A DNA stretch of 64,000 nt. It comes from Candidatus Hadarchaeota archaeon. Its GTDB lineage: Archaea > Hadarchaeota > Hadarchaeia > Hadarchaeales > JAGGTB01. Within the stretch, counting starts at the first letter, position 1. The number at the start of each line of letters is the position of its first letter. The notes under the pieces are model-generated. The model saw only the letters and a list, made by a program, of their open reading frames with translations. It ran no database searches and was not told where the DNA came from. Position numbers and translations under genes: made by a program. Shown piece by piece: positions 40,126 through 50,544 of the stretch. The stretch spans positions 77,820 to 141,819 of the forward strand of contig CAYLJV010000004.1 of NCBI GenBank assembly GCA_964384105.1, given 5' to 3'.

Positions 40126-42549
40126 ATGAGCCAGGAGATCTGTATCCATGGTCATTTCTACCAGCCTCCTAGGGAGAATCCATGGTTGGAAGAGGTTGAA
40201 TTTCAGGATTCTGCTAAACCCTACCATGATTGGAATGAGAGAATAACTGATGAATGCTATGCTCCGAATACTGCGTCAAGAATTTTGGATTCAGAAAGGC
40301 GGATAATTGATGTTGTTGATAACTATTCAAGAATGAGTTTCAATTTTGGTCCAACTCTTCTTTCGTGGATGGAGGATCACGCTCCTGATGTTTATCAGAG
40401 TATTCTTGAATCTGATAAAGAGAGTCAAGAAAAATTTTCAGGACATGGATCTGCTATTGCTCAGGCCTATAATCATATGATAATGCCCCTTGCTAACGAG
40501 AAAGATAAGAGAACTCAGGTGGTCTGGGGTTTAAGAGATTTTAAAGAGAGATTTGAAAGAGACCCGGAGGGTATGTGGCTTCCAGAAACCGCTGTAGATC
40601 TGGAGACTTTGGATATAATGGCAGAGTACGGAATTAAATTTACAATACTTGCCCCCAGACAGGCTAAGAGAGTCAGAAAGATTGGGGAAGAAGAGTGGAA
40701 GGATGTTAGTGAAGAAAAGGTCGATCCGAGAAGACCATATTTATGTAATCTGAAATCGGGAAGAAGTATTGTCATATTTTTCTATAATGGTCCTATATCA
40801 AAGGATGTGGGTTTTGGAGACCTTATCCACAATGGTGAAAAATTTGCCGAAAGGTTAATCGGGTCCTTTTCTGAAGGAGATACCGACTCCCAAATTGTGA
40901 ATATAGCTACCGATGGAGAGACATATGGACACCACCACAGGTTTGGGGATATGACGCTGGCTAGATGCTTGTATAAGATCGAATCTAGCGACAATGCGGA
41001 ACTTACTGTCTATGGAAAATATTTGGAGGAAAATCCTCCGGAGTACGAGGTTGAAATCTTTGAAAATACTTCATGGAGTTGTGTACACGGTGTAGAAAGA
41101 TGGAAAGATGATTGTGGATGCAACTCGGGTTCAAATCCCGATTGGAATCAAAAATGGAGAAAACCTTTGCGTAAGGCAATGAACCAGCTTAGAGATTCGC
41201 TTGCTTCTATTTATGAAAAGAATGCCGATTATTTCCTGAAGGATCCGTGGGAAGCTAGAAATGACTACATAGATGTTGTCTTGGACCGTTCTTCGGAAAA
41301 TGTGAGAGCTTATCTTTCTAAACATTCGAAGAAGGATTTATCTCCTGAAGAAACTGTGAAGGTTCTTAAACTACTAGAGATGCAAAGAAATTCCATGTTG
41401 ATGTTTACTAGTTGCGGCTGGTTCTTCGATGAAATTTCGGGAGAAGAAGCTGTGCAAGTGATGCGTTATGCAGCCCGGGCAATGCAGTTAGCTCAGGACC
41501 TTAATGGAAGTAATCTGGAATCGGAATATCTAAAGATTCTAGAGCAAGCACCCAGCAATGTTCAGAAGTATAAGAATGGAGTAGAGGTTTTTGAAGATTT
41601 GGTTAAATCAAGTGTTGTTGATTTTCCACGTGTATGTGCTCACTATGCTGTGTCCTCGCTTTTCGAGGATTACCCAGATAAAACTGTGATTGATTGCTTC
41701 AATTTAGACAGGGAAATATATGAATTGGAGAATGTGGGGGATCAGAAGCTTGCTGTGGGGAAAGTGGGCGTGAGATCCAATATTACTTGGGAGGAGCGGT
41801 CGTTGGCCTTTGCGGTACTATATATGGGAGACCATAACATAATCGGTGGAGTTCTCGAGAACTTTGAGAATGAGTACTTTGAGGAGATCAAAGGGAGAGT
41901 AAAAAAATCATTTCAGAAAAGTAATATTTCTGAGACATTTCATGTGATAGATGAGAACTTTGGAGAAAACAATTACTCATTATGGCATCTCTTTAGAGAT
42001 GAGCAAAGAAAGGTCCTCAAACAGATATTAGAGCCTAAAATTAAAGAAACGGAAAAGATTCTCCACGAGCGATACCAGGATTTTTATCCGACGATAAGAG
42101 CGATAAGAGAAATCCAATATCCCATGCCAAAGATTATCAAAAGGATTGGGGATTTTGTCCTCAACTTGGATTTAAGGAATTTGCTGAGAAGAGAAGATTT
42201 GGATTTAGGAGAGCTTCAGGAACTTGTTGTTGAAATTAAAATCGGATCTTTTGAGGTGGATAAAACTATGATTGGCTATGAAGCTACGAGAAAAGTTAAT
42301 GAATTGATGGATAAACTTTCTCAAAATCCAGAGGATACATATATTCTAAAGAAAGTTGAGAATATTCTCGAGATTTTATTGGACTTGGACCTAGATTTGA
42401 ACTTTTGGAAAGCTCAGAATGCTTATTTCTCTGTAGGGAAAGCAATTTACCATAAAATGAAAGATAGAGCTGATCAGGATAAAGATGCTGAAAGGTGGAT
42501 AGAAACTTTTGATAAATTAGGAAATTATCTGAACGTGAAAATATCATGA
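40126..42549 (+). CDS. GH57 glycoside hydrolase with DUF3536 domain
   Basis: HGHFYQPPRENPW, GMWLPE, ATDGETYGHH, SWSC.HGVERW, MFTSCGWFF. Confidence 0.93.
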   Translation: MSQEICIHGHFYQPPRENPWLEEVEFQDSAKPYHDWNERITDECYAPNTASRILDSERRIIDVVDNYSRMSFNFGPTLLSWMEDHAPDVYQSILESDKESQEKFSGHGSAIAQAYNHMIMPLANEKDKRTQVVWGLRDFKERFERDPEGMWLPETAVDLETLDIMAEYGIKFTILAPRQAKRVRKIGEEEWKDVSEEKVDPRRPYLCNLKSGRSIVIFFYNGPISKDVGFGDLIHNGEKFAERLIGSFSEGDTDSQIVNIATDGETYGHHHRFGDMTLARCLYKIESSDNAELTVYGKYLEENPPEYEVEIFENTSWSCVHGVERWKDDCGCNSGSNPDWNQKWRKPLRKAMNQLRDSLASIYEKNADYFLKDPWEARNDYIDVVLDRSSENVRAYLSKHSKKDLSPEETVKVLKLLEMQRNSMLMFTSCGWFFDEISGEEAVQVMRYAARAMQLAQDLNGSNLESEYLKILEQAPSNVQKYKNGVEVFEDLVKSSVVDFPRVCAHYAVSSLFEDYPDKTVIDCFNLDREIYELENVGDQKLAVGKVGVRSNITWEERSLAFAVLYMGDHNIIGGVLENFENEYFEEIKGRVKKSFQKSNISETFHVIDENFGENNYSLWHLFRDEQRKVLKQILEPKIKETEKILHERYQDFYPTIRAIREIQYPMPKIIKRIGDFVLNLDLRNLLRREDLDLGELQELVVEIKIGSFEVDKTMIGYEATRKVNELMDKLSQNPEDTYILKKVENILEILLDLDLDLNFWKAQNAYFSVGKAIYHKMKDRADQDKDAERWIETFDKLGNYLNVKIS

Positions 42550-42669
42550 ATACGTTTCCAAACTTTGATCATAGTCTGCGATTTGATTCTTCTTTTATGT
42601 TAACTGGGAAGACTTTTGAATCGAAAAAAACTGCTTTCCTTGAGAGTTTCTTTCAGGAGTTGGTTTAAA

Positions 42670-44169
42670 TTGAATAAGAGAGGAAGCGGAGTACTACTTC
42701 ACATATCTTCTCTTCCTTCACCTTTTGGTATCGGGGATCTGGGGCCATCCGCATACGAATTCGCCGATATTTTGGGCCATACTTTACAGAGTTTCTGGCA
42801 GATATTGCCTTTGAATCCAACTACCTCGGATGGAAATCCTTATCATGGTGAGTCTTCGTTCGCAGGAAATCCGGATCTCATTAGCCCAGAACTCCTTTTG
42901 GAGCGTGGGTTGATTGATGAAGGTGATATGAATGACCCTCCTCATTTTCCAGAAAATGAAGTAGTCTACTCCAAAGTTTCATCTTACAAAAAACAATTGC
43001 TTGAGATAGCATACGAAAATTTCTTGGAAAATGGAAAGAACGAAGCGTTCGAAAATTTTTGTGCAAGTAATTCTTGGTGGCTTGATGACTATGTTTTGTT
43101 TTCGGCTCTAAAGGATCACTATGATGGGGCTTCTTGGAAGGATTGGCCTCCGGATATTAGAGATAGGGAGAAATCCTCCATAGAAAAATATAGAAAAGGA
43201 CTTGAAAGGGAAATTGAGAGGAAAAAGTTTTTTCAATATATCTTCTTCGATCAGTGGTTTTCGCTTAAGGATTATTGCAATAAAAACGGAATTAAGATAT
43301 TCGGCGACCTCCCGGTCTACCTGAACTACGAAAGTGCAGATGTTTGGAAAAATCCTGAGCTTTTCAAACTGGATGAAGAAAAGAGATTGAAGGTTTATTC
43401 TGGTGTTCCACCCGATGATTTTAGTGACACAGGACAATTGTGGAGACATCCGATATATCGCTGGGATAAATTGAAAGAACAGGATTATGCTTGGTGGTTT
43501 AAGCGTTTGGATCATAAGTTAGAGCTTTATGATCTTTTGAGGATAGATCATTTTCGGGGCTATGTGGCCTACTGGGAGGTTCCAGCAGGAGAGAATACAG
43601 CAGCTAGTGGGAACTGGGTTGATGGTCCGGCTTTGGATCTGTTTCCAAAACTGATAGATAGATACCCAAATATGCCAATTATTGTAGAGGACCTTGGTGA
43701 GATTACTCCAGATGTTATAGAGATTAGAGACAGATTTGATTTTCCTGGAATGGAAGTTTTGTTATTCGCTTTTGGTGAAGATTTTCCTACGAATCCTCAC
43801 CTACCACATAACCACAAAAAAAATAGCTTAGCTTGCACGGGGACTCACGATAATAATACTGTGATTGGCTGGTTTGAGAATGAGGCAGGGCAGAATGAGA
43901 AGGAGAGATTATTTGAGTATCTTGGCTATAGGGTTCCTACCGAAGAAATTCATTGGTCATTCATTCGTCTGGCAATGATGTCGGTAGCGAATCTCGCGAG
44001 TTTTCCTATTCAAGATATACTTGGGTTGGGGGAAGAGTCTCGTATGAATAATCCTGCCGGATCAAAGAAGAATTGGCGTTGGCGACTTTCCGCAGAACAG
44101 ATGGAGAGTTTTCCGAAGGAAAGGTTAAGGAATATTACTTCTACTTATGGTAGGTCAAGAGAAGCTTGA
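42670..44169 (+). CDS. malQ: 4-alpha-glucanotransferase (GH77)
   Basis: GVLLHISSLP, GVPPD.FS.TGQLW, RIDHFRG, EDLG, GTHDN. Confidence 0.96.
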   Translation: MNKRGSGVLLHISSLPSPFGIGDLGPSAYEFADILGHTLQSFWQILPLNPTTSDGNPYHGESSFAGNPDLISPELLLERGLIDEGDMNDPPHFPENEVVYSKVSSYKKQLLEIAYENFLENGKNEAFENFCASNSWWLDDYVLFSALKDHYDGASWKDWPPDIRDREKSSIEKYRKGLEREIERKKFFQYIFFDQWFSLKDYCNKNGIKIFGDLPVYLNYESADVWKNPELFKLDEEKRLKVYSGVPPDDFSDTGQLWRHPIYRWDKLKEQDYAWWFKRLDHKLELYDLLRIDHFRGYVAYWEVPAGENTAASGNWVDGPALDLFPKLIDRYPNMPIIVEDLGEITPDVIEIRDRFDFPGMEVLLFAFGEDFPTNPHLPHNHKKNSLACTGTHDNNTVIGWFENEAGQNEKERLFEYLGYRVPTEEIHWSFIRLAMMSVANLASFPIQDILGLGEESRMNNPAGSKKNWRWRLSAEQMESFPKERLRNITSTYGRSREA

Positions 44170-44192
44170 TTTGAAGTCCTAGTTTTACCGAT

Positions 44193-45005
44193 TCAGTCCA
44201 GAAATAGAGTTATTGGTACCCTCGTTTTCTCTCTTAGCTCTTCGACTTCGTTTTCTAGTCTCCATTTGTAAGAGGATTTATTTTTACTAATGCTTTCATA
44301 GTTTTTTCTTAAACTAGGGTAATTTTTATCGATAGTTTCCATTATGATTCTTTTTTTACTTCTCCAATTTATGTCTTCTATCTGAAGTTCTTCAATGAAC
44401 CCTTCCGTTCTTTTTAGTATTTCCTCGAGTTTGGTTATACTTTCGAAATAGGGCCCAATATGAACGTAGCAATCTATTCCACTTTTCGAAAGTTCTTCCA
44501 ACGCGCTCAGCCGGTCTTGTATTCTGGGGGCACTGGGTTCCCAGATTTCTCTATCTTTTTCGTTTAGAAAGTTTATTGTAAAGCCTACACAGATTCTATT
44601 TTTATTGAAATCATTTAGTATATCCAAGTCTCGAAGTATGAGATCACTTTTTGTTAAGATATTTACGGAGAATTTGGAATTAGCTAGCCTCTTTAGGATT
44701 TTTCTAGTAATCCTGTAATTTTCTTCTGCTGGCTGATATGGATCCGTCACAGAGGATAAAAGTATTGAACCTTTCCTTTTTTTCCTCAAATCTTTTTCTA
44801 AGATCTCTTTTGCGTTCTCTTTAACGTCTACGAAATTTCCCCAGGACTCATCGTGGTCGGTATACTGCGTCATAAATGTTGCATAGCAGTACTTGCATCC
44901 GTGTTCGCAGCCCGTGTAGGGGTTTATCGAGTAGTCTACTCCATATATACCCGAATTTGACATTATAGACTTACAAGCGATTTCGTTGATTTCCATATTC
45001 CTCAT
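44193..45005 (-). CDS. SPL-like radical SAM protein (DNA-repair associated)
   Basis: INPYTGCEHGCKYCYA, SVTDPYQP, LTKS; in operon with nre. Confidence 0.9.
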   Translation of the reverse strand: MRNMEINEIACKSIMSNSGIYGVDYSINPYTGCEHGCKYCYATFMTQYTDHDESWGNFVDVKENAKEILEKDLRKKRKGSILLSSVTDPYQPAEENYRITRKILKRLANSKFSVNILTKSDLILRDLDILNDFNKNRICVGFTINFLNEKDREIWEPSAPRIQDRLSALEELSKSGIDCYVHIGPYFESITKLEEILKRTEGFIEELQIEDINWRSKKRIIMETIDKNYPSLRKNYESISKNKSSYKWRLENEVEELREKTRVPITLFLD

Positions 45006-45008
45006 CTA

Positions 45009-46355
45009 CTAAAAGAAATTCTCAATTCTTTGTTGAATCTTTCTTTCATTGAGCAACTCCGAAACAGACAACCATTCGGTGTAGTCTAAGTCCATCTTTT
45101 CGTCCAGATAGGAAAAGACCTGACTTTTTGTTTCAAACTTTCTCGGATCAGTCCTCAGTGCATTTCTTACTGATTCTCTTACATTCCATACCCCTACGGG
45201 AAGTATGTATCCTGGGTGAGCCTCTCTTAACACTATCGCTCCAGCTTGTCTTCTTTTTTCATTCAATTTTTCTGCGACGGCGAGTCTGGCCGAGTAATAA
45301 CATCCCCCTAACGAAGCATATTCCGTTCTACCATTCCAGTATTCATGGTCGCCGAAGATTACAATTCTATTGCTGCTTGGATTCCAAGTGGTTTCTGGAT
45401 AGAATGCCTCGATAAGTTCATATCGCCATACCGTAGGTGTAAATATTATCACCCATTGGTTATCTAGGTAATTGGTTGTATAGACTTCGTATTCATCAAT
45501 TGGTCGAAAGTTCTTCACTTTCTCTCTTAGATTTTTACCAATCATATCGTCCACTGCGGTTATACTCCAGCGGGTGGGTACAAATTTCCTATTTCCTTCC
45601 AATCCTGTCCCACCAACCATAAAGATATCTTGAATTCGGGATATTCGAACACCACTCTCGTAGAGTTTCATAACTCCTGGTTCCGATTTTAGATCTGTGT
45701 CGTAGAATATTTTTTCTAAAATGTGATCACTGCTCATAGATCCCAATTCAAATCTTTTGATTCCTGCAGACGGCCCGTAAGGTTGGGACCTCCCGTCTAA
45801 TCTGAATGATTCTGAGAGCTTTTTGCTAAATTGAATTTCGACTTCTGCAGGATTTTTAGCTAAGGCTATATGTCTTGTTCTTTCAACTTCTCTATCCATC
45901 TTGTCCGAGATTTTGATGTCTTCTTTGAGTCGTTTCTTTCCTCTCGCTAGGCTACTCCTGAAACTGATTATGTCATCTATTTCGGTTTTTCCAAACCACT
46001 TTTCAGGTGTTGAGAGTATCGAAGTATCACCTTTTTCTGGAGGCACAAGAGGGCCAACATTTACTTTTGGATATCCATACCTTCCTATGAATACAGAGGG
46101 AGGCGAGTTACCATCTAAAAAATCCGTATCGAGATTCTTCGTCCTTTTTCCATCTACCCTCGAGTAATATTTTGCTAGAATGGGACATCTGGATTTCCCG
46201 CATAGCTTTTTGGTTCCCCTACACTTTAGGCAAACTGGTCTAGCTTTTGGATCTATTTTTGGAGCAATTTCCCTAGAGAAAGTCTTTAGGTTGTTTTCTT
46301 TTCCTTTCTTCGACTTTTTCTGGCTTATATACTTCTTAGGTGTTTTTCCAGGCAT
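45009..46355 (-). CDS. nreA: Nre family archaeal DNA repair protein
   Basis: CLKCRG..LCG..RCP, SPPSVFIG..GYP, VPTRWSITAVD, C-terminal PIP box QQRIENFF. Confidence 0.93.
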   Translation of the reverse strand: MPGKTPKKYISQKKSKKGKENNLKTFSREIAPKIDPKARPVCLKCRGTKKLCGKSRCPILAKYYSRVDGKRTKNLDTDFLDGNSPPSVFIGRYGYPKVNVGPLVPPEKGDTSILSTPEKWFGKTEIDDIISFRSSLARGKKRLKEDIKISDKMDREVERTRHIALAKNPAEVEIQFSKKLSESFRLDGRSQPYGPSAGIKRFELGSMSSDHILEKIFYDTDLKSEPGVMKLYESGVRISRIQDIFMVGGTGLEGNRKFVPTRWSITAVDDMIGKNLREKVKNFRPIDEYEVYTTNYLDNQWVIIFTPTVWRYELIEAFYPETTWNPSSNRIVIFGDHEYWNGRTEYASLGGCYYSARLAVAEKLNEKRRQAGAIVLREAHPGYILPVGVWNVRESVRNALRTDPRKFETKSQVFSYLDEKMDLDYTEWLSVSELLNERKIQQRIENFF

Positions 46356-46448
46356 CTCGTTCTCTTAGTTTATTTTGTTTAGTACAAAGATTTAATTCTT
46401 GATTTGAGCTTGTAAATGGAGTTTATTTCCCTTTTACTTTTACCATTT

Positions 46449-47264
46449 TCAAAGTTCCTTCAGCTTGCTCTCTACAATTTCTGAGATCGGACTATAAACT
46501 TCACCGGCATCCTCTGGGGAATTTATGGGATGAGGATTTATCCTGTATTTTTCAGATTTTAATAGATCCAGTATCTTCCCGGTTTTAATTTCCATCCTAT
46601 GTCCTGTCCATCTTTTTGATATCATTGAATGAGCTTTTGCGAATTTATTTCCATCACTAATGAAAGCACGTCCTGGTTCAACTGTTAAAACGAGATCAGC
46701 ATGTACAGGGATAGGCATGGCAATATCTGCGTAACTCTCTATGATGAGAATGTCTCGATCTTTGATTCTTTCGTATCTATCTTTAGTAGCTGGCAAGTGA
46801 ATCTTGTTCATATATTCATTGAACTTTTCTGTTGTTGAGAATTTTTCTATGCGATCTGCGTTTCCTTGTAATGCTTTTAAATCTTCAGGCGCTTTGATTC
46901 TAGAATTTAGTACTAGTGTCGTCTTATTTTCAGTATCAAATATTCTGTCAAGCACTATCGATTGTGTCTCACCGATCAGACCGGACCCGCTTTCTATAAC
47001 TGAATTCGGAATCCATAGTCTGTGAATTGGATTTATCTCTTCCTCTCTCTTTCCGGTTAATTCCGATAATATTTTGGCGTCATGTCCGAATAACCTTCCT
47101 TTTTTGATACTTTCTGAAACAATCCGATTATCGTACCAATAGTTATTTCCAGCTAGAGGCTTAAACAGTTCAATTTCTTTCGTTTTCTTTAAGTTTTGAT
47201 ACAGGCCTGTAGTAGCCGTTGTTTTACCTGCGGATTCACAAAGTCCATTTATAAGTATTTTCAT
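46449..47264 (-). CDS. Predicted P-loop NTPase (archaeal, BioD-like fold)
   Basis: G..ESAGKTT, FKPLAG, INPIHRLW, IIES. Confidence 0.8.
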   Translation of the reverse strand: MKILINGLCESAGKTTATTGLYQNLKKTKEIELFKPLAGNNYWYDNRIVSESIKKGRLFGHDAKILSELTGKREEEINPIHRLWIPNSVIESGSGLIGETQSIVLDRIFDTENKTTLVLNSRIKAPEDLKALQGNADRIEKFSTTEKFNEYMNKIHLPATKDRYERIKDRDILIIESYADIAMPIPVHADLVLTVEPGRAFISDGNKFAKAHSMISKRWTGHRMEIKTGKILDLLKSEKYRINPHPINSPEDAGEVYSPISEIVESKLKEL

Positions 47265-47382
47265 TCTATAATTTGTTGGAATAAGGATATTAAAGGTTCT
47301 TTTGCTCTTCCGAAGCTATTCATAAAAATTCAAAATTGTATATTTGATTAGAAGATGAATATTAAGTGGTTATGAGAGACGT

Positions 47383-47877
47383 ATGACTGAAAAAGAGGAA
47401 GTATTGGAATTAGAAGTTAGACGGTTTAAAATCTCCGATTTGGATAGAGTTTCTTCCATAGAGAAGGACAGTTTTCCAACTCCTTGGTCCAAAAGTATGT
47501 TTAGAAATATGCATAATAACAATCAGGCTGGTTTTAAAGTCGCCGTTTTAGGTTCGGAAGTGGTAGGTTATGTGATTTACAGAGTAGAGTTGTCGGTGAA
47601 TCCTAGCGAAATAGGTTACGAAAAAATAGGGCATCTGCTTAATCTGGCAGTTAAGAAGGGGTATAGAAGACGGAATATTGGTTCTTCTTTGTTGAAAGAG
47701 ACAGAGGAGTATTTTGGGAGAGAAGGCGCAGACGAGGTTTGGCTGGAAGCTAGAGAGGGGAACCAAGCCGCTAGGGAGTTTTATCTTAAAAAGGGTTTTA
47801 AGGACATGGGTGTGAGGAGAGCGTATTACCCGGATGGAACTAATGCAATCATAATGAGGAAGAAAATTGAGACTTAA
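47383..47877 (+). CDS. rimI: N-terminal protein acetyltransferase (RimI/Ard1)
   Basis: IEKDSFPTPW, NLAV..YRRRNIG, LE.R..N..A..FY...GF, YYPDG.NA..M. Confidence 0.9.
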   Translation: MTEKEEVLELEVRRFKISDLDRVSSIEKDSFPTPWSKSMFRNMHNNNQAGFKVAVLGSEVVGYVIYRVELSVNPSEIGYEKIGHLLNLAVKKGYRRRNIGSSLLKETEEYFGREGADEVWLEAREGNQAAREFYLKKGFKDMGVRRAYYPDGTNAIIMRKKIET

Positions 47878-47899
47878 TAAACGACTTTACTTTCTTGTT

Positions 47900-48154
47900 T
47901 TAGATTTCTAGTTCATCTACTTCGATTACGAGGTCACAGTGGTCTTGGCCCATTATCTCTTCTATAATGCTTTTGACTCTCTTTGCGCTAGGTGCTTCCC
48001 ACTCTTCGATGGCGATTCCGTTCTTTGAGGTAAGAATTCTCTTGAGTTTCACGTCTTTGTATTCCTCTAGTTTACCCATTATCTCTTTCTTTCTCTCTTC
48101 GCTTAACTCCGGAAGTTTTTCTTCAAAGTGGATTTCTAAAATCTTTGCCATCAT
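47900..48154 (-). CDS. Small hypothetical protein
   Basis: Acidic 84-aa ORF translationally coupled to the flavin reductase. Confidence 0.7.
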   Translation of the reverse strand: MMAKILEIHFEEKLPELSEERKKEIMGKLEEYKDVKLKRILTSKNGIAIEEWEAPSAKRVKSIIEEIMGQDHCDLVIEVDELEI

Positions 48155-48711
48155 TTCCCTCTCTTTATTTTGATCACTTCATCAGCCAAGCAAAATTCTT
48201 CTCCAGAGATATGTCCGATCGAACCGAGTTTTTCTATATTAATCCGTCCATTTTTAAAGGCATTTTTTTCAACTTCTATGTTTACAATCTTTCCTACTAG
48301 AAAGTGGTGATCTCCGGTTTCAAAATCATCGTAATATTTGCATTCTATATTAACTGGAGATTCTTTTACACTTGGTGATTTGATCTTCTTGGATTCCTTT
48401 TCGGTTAATCCTATTTTTCGGAACTCACTTTCTCCTCGTTTAAGATTGATTTCTGTTTTAACACCTTTTTCCATCCAGTCTTTAGTTAAGGGGGCCACAA
48501 CAAAGTCTCGGGTTTCTTTTGCGTTTAGGATAGTATCTTTACCTTTTCCAACTCCGATTCCCAGTAGCGGAGGAGAGAACGAGACTGGAGTAGCAAAACT
48601 GTAAGGGGCGATATTAGAATTCCCATCCTTGTCAATTGTGGATACGCAAACAGTGAGTCTTGGCCCAAGTAATTTATAGTAACTTTTCTTGTCAATATCC
48701 ATATGAATCAT
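48151..48711 (-). CDS. Flavin reductase-like protein
   Basis: NIAPYSF, PPLLG, KDT..N, ECK, GDH. Confidence 0.9.
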   Translation of the reverse strand: MIHMDIDKKSYYKLLGPRLTVCVSTIDKDGNSNIAPYSFATPVSFSPPLLGIGVGKGKDTILNAKETRDFVVAPLTKDWMEKGVKTEINLKRGESEFRKIGLTEKESKKIKSPSVKESPVNIECKYYDDFETGDHHFLVGKIVNIEVEKNAFKNGRINIEKLGSIGHISGEEFCLADEVIKIKRGK

Positions 48712-48814
48712 CTCTTATTGGTTTCTTCTTCTTTATTATTTTTCGATATTTTCTGCTGTACTCAGGTTTCAAACTATTAATTAGTGGGATTAGCTAATAG
48801 GCCCATTTGGTGGT

Positions 48815-50095
48815 TTGATGAGAAATGCTAAAAGGTCAGAGATTGTTCAGATTCGTTCTCCAATAAAGAAAGAGATAAAACATTTGGGTGGATCAGATCA
48901 ACATTCTTTCTCTGAACTTTTGGAGCAGATTGCGAATAAAATGAATAAGTGGGGGTATAAACTGATTCATGTTACGAAGGCATTTCGAGACGGTGATAAG
49001 ACTTGTTCGGAAAGTTATTGGAAGAGGGATAAGATTAGGGGAGATATTAAGATTGTTTGGTTGTGCAGTTTAAGACTTGTTTTTGATAAGGGGTTTAAAT
49101 TCGAATTGGATTTTGATGTGTGGTTTGAGTTCTCGAAGCTCCTCCAGGAGACGAGAGAGAAGATATACAGAGACGGTTTTCCTTATACTTCAAGGCCTTA
49201 TGCAGAAAACTTTGGTAAGGAGGAAACGACCCGTATTTTAGAGAAGATTAGAAATTCAGTAAGACGCGTTTTAAGAGAGAAATGTGATGGGTGGGGTGAA
49301 CACGGTGTTATTGATAATGTAACTGACAGAAAATCGCAGGCTATTTGTCATCTTAAGAAAATCGGTCTTTCTTCTTTTCCAGAGTTCGACAAATTGAGAG
49401 AAACGTTGCGAGAGGTTGAAGAGATTCCCACTAGTGTGCTTGGAAATTCTCGAGAGGATATACTTGAAATCGTGGATAAAAAGAAGTGTGAGCTGATTCC
49501 TTTTTCAATAGATTCTCAATCTCTCGAGGGGTTCCTTGCTTTTTTTCTATGGTTCAGAAGTCCAGGAGGTGGGTTAGAATATCAGCTTTATCGGTTCGTT
49601 CAGGAGAATTGGAACGACCTAGTTAAATTGAGTAGGATTGAAGAGGCTTTGCTTAGATTGGAGGTTTATGATTACGTCAAAGTCGAAGAGGTTCCATATG
49701 ATTTAAGAAAAGAGCTCGAAAAAAGGGGGATTAAGAGATGTAAGAGGTTCTATGAATTAAAGAATCACGATGTTCTTAACAGGAGATTTTTTAGTGATAC
49801 GAAAAGAAAAGCTCGTCTCGGTGCTTATCTTTCCCCGTTACCGAAGAAACGTTTAGTTAGACACCTCAATGCTCCAAACCATATCGTTTTGAAAAATATT
49901 AGAAATCTTGTTAGGAGAAACTACCTCTTGGAGAAAAAAGTAAGGGATTTTAGTGGTAGAACTGTGAGGAAGATTAAACCTAAAAGGGGATTTGGTTCTC
50001 TTTCTGAATTGGATAGGGAAATCATGAAAAAATCTAAAAATTTTTACGAAGTGCAGAAGGATTTGCTCGACAAAATGCAAGGAGTAAGCTATTAG
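48815..50095 (+). CDS. Hypothetical protein
   Basis: 426-aa basic ORF; no motif recognised. Confidence 0.7.
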   Translation: MMRNAKRSEIVQIRSPIKKEIKHLGGSDQHSFSELLEQIANKMNKWGYKLIHVTKAFRDGDKTCSESYWKRDKIRGDIKIVWLCSLRLVFDKGFKFELDFDVWFEFSKLLQETREKIYRDGFPYTSRPYAENFGKEETTRILEKIRNSVRRVLREKCDGWGEHGVIDNVTDRKSQAICHLKKIGLSSFPEFDKLRETLREVEEIPTSVLGNSREDILEIVDKKKCELIPFSIDSQSLEGFLAFFLWFRSPGGGLEYQLYRFVQENWNDLVKLSRIEEALLRLEVYDYVKVEEVPYDLRKELEKRGIKRCKRFYELKNHDVLNRRFFSDTKRKARLGAYLSPLPKKRLVRHLNAPNHIVLKNIRNLVRRNYLLEKKVRDFSGRTVRKIKPKRGFGSLSELDREIMKKSKNFYEVQKDLLDKMQGVSY

Positions 50096-50151
50096 ATAGG
50101 GATTATGCAGGATTGATTCACTTATTGAGAATATTTTCAAATTAATAGATA

Positions 50152-50544
50152 TTACATTGAAATCTTTTTCTTGTAAGACGCGTAGGCATCTTTATTTTCC
50201 CATAGCTTCACTTCGATTGAATGGGGTTTATGGGAGTTTAATTTGTTAACTAATTTGTCCCATATGACTTTTGCAAAGTTTTCGAGAGTCGGGGACTTTT
50301 TTTCGAATTCAGAAAGGTCGTTCAACTTTTTATCCCTAAAATCGTTTAGGATATCTTGTAAAATTGTTTCTATTTCATTTAGATCCACTAGGTATCCATT
50401 TTCGTCTAATTCTTTACCGGAGATTAGGACTTCCAAGAGATAATTATGGGGATGTTCAGTTTTTTCGGGCCCCTCTTCATGCTGGAGAAAATGTTGAGAT
50501 ATGAATTCTTTTCTTAGAGAGATTGTATACATGTTAGTTTTCAT
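50152..50544 (-). CDS. 6-pyruvoyl-tetrahydropterin synthase / QueD-like protein
   Basis: F.SQH...HPHNY.LEV, VDL, LND, PTLEN, LWE. Confidence 0.9.
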   Translation of the reverse strand: MKTNMYTISLRKEFISQHFLQHEEGPEKTEHPHNYLLEVLISGKELDENGYLVDLNEIETILQDILNDFRDKKLNDLSEFEKKSPTLENFAKVIWDKLVNKLNSHKPHSIEVKLWENKDAYASYKKKISM

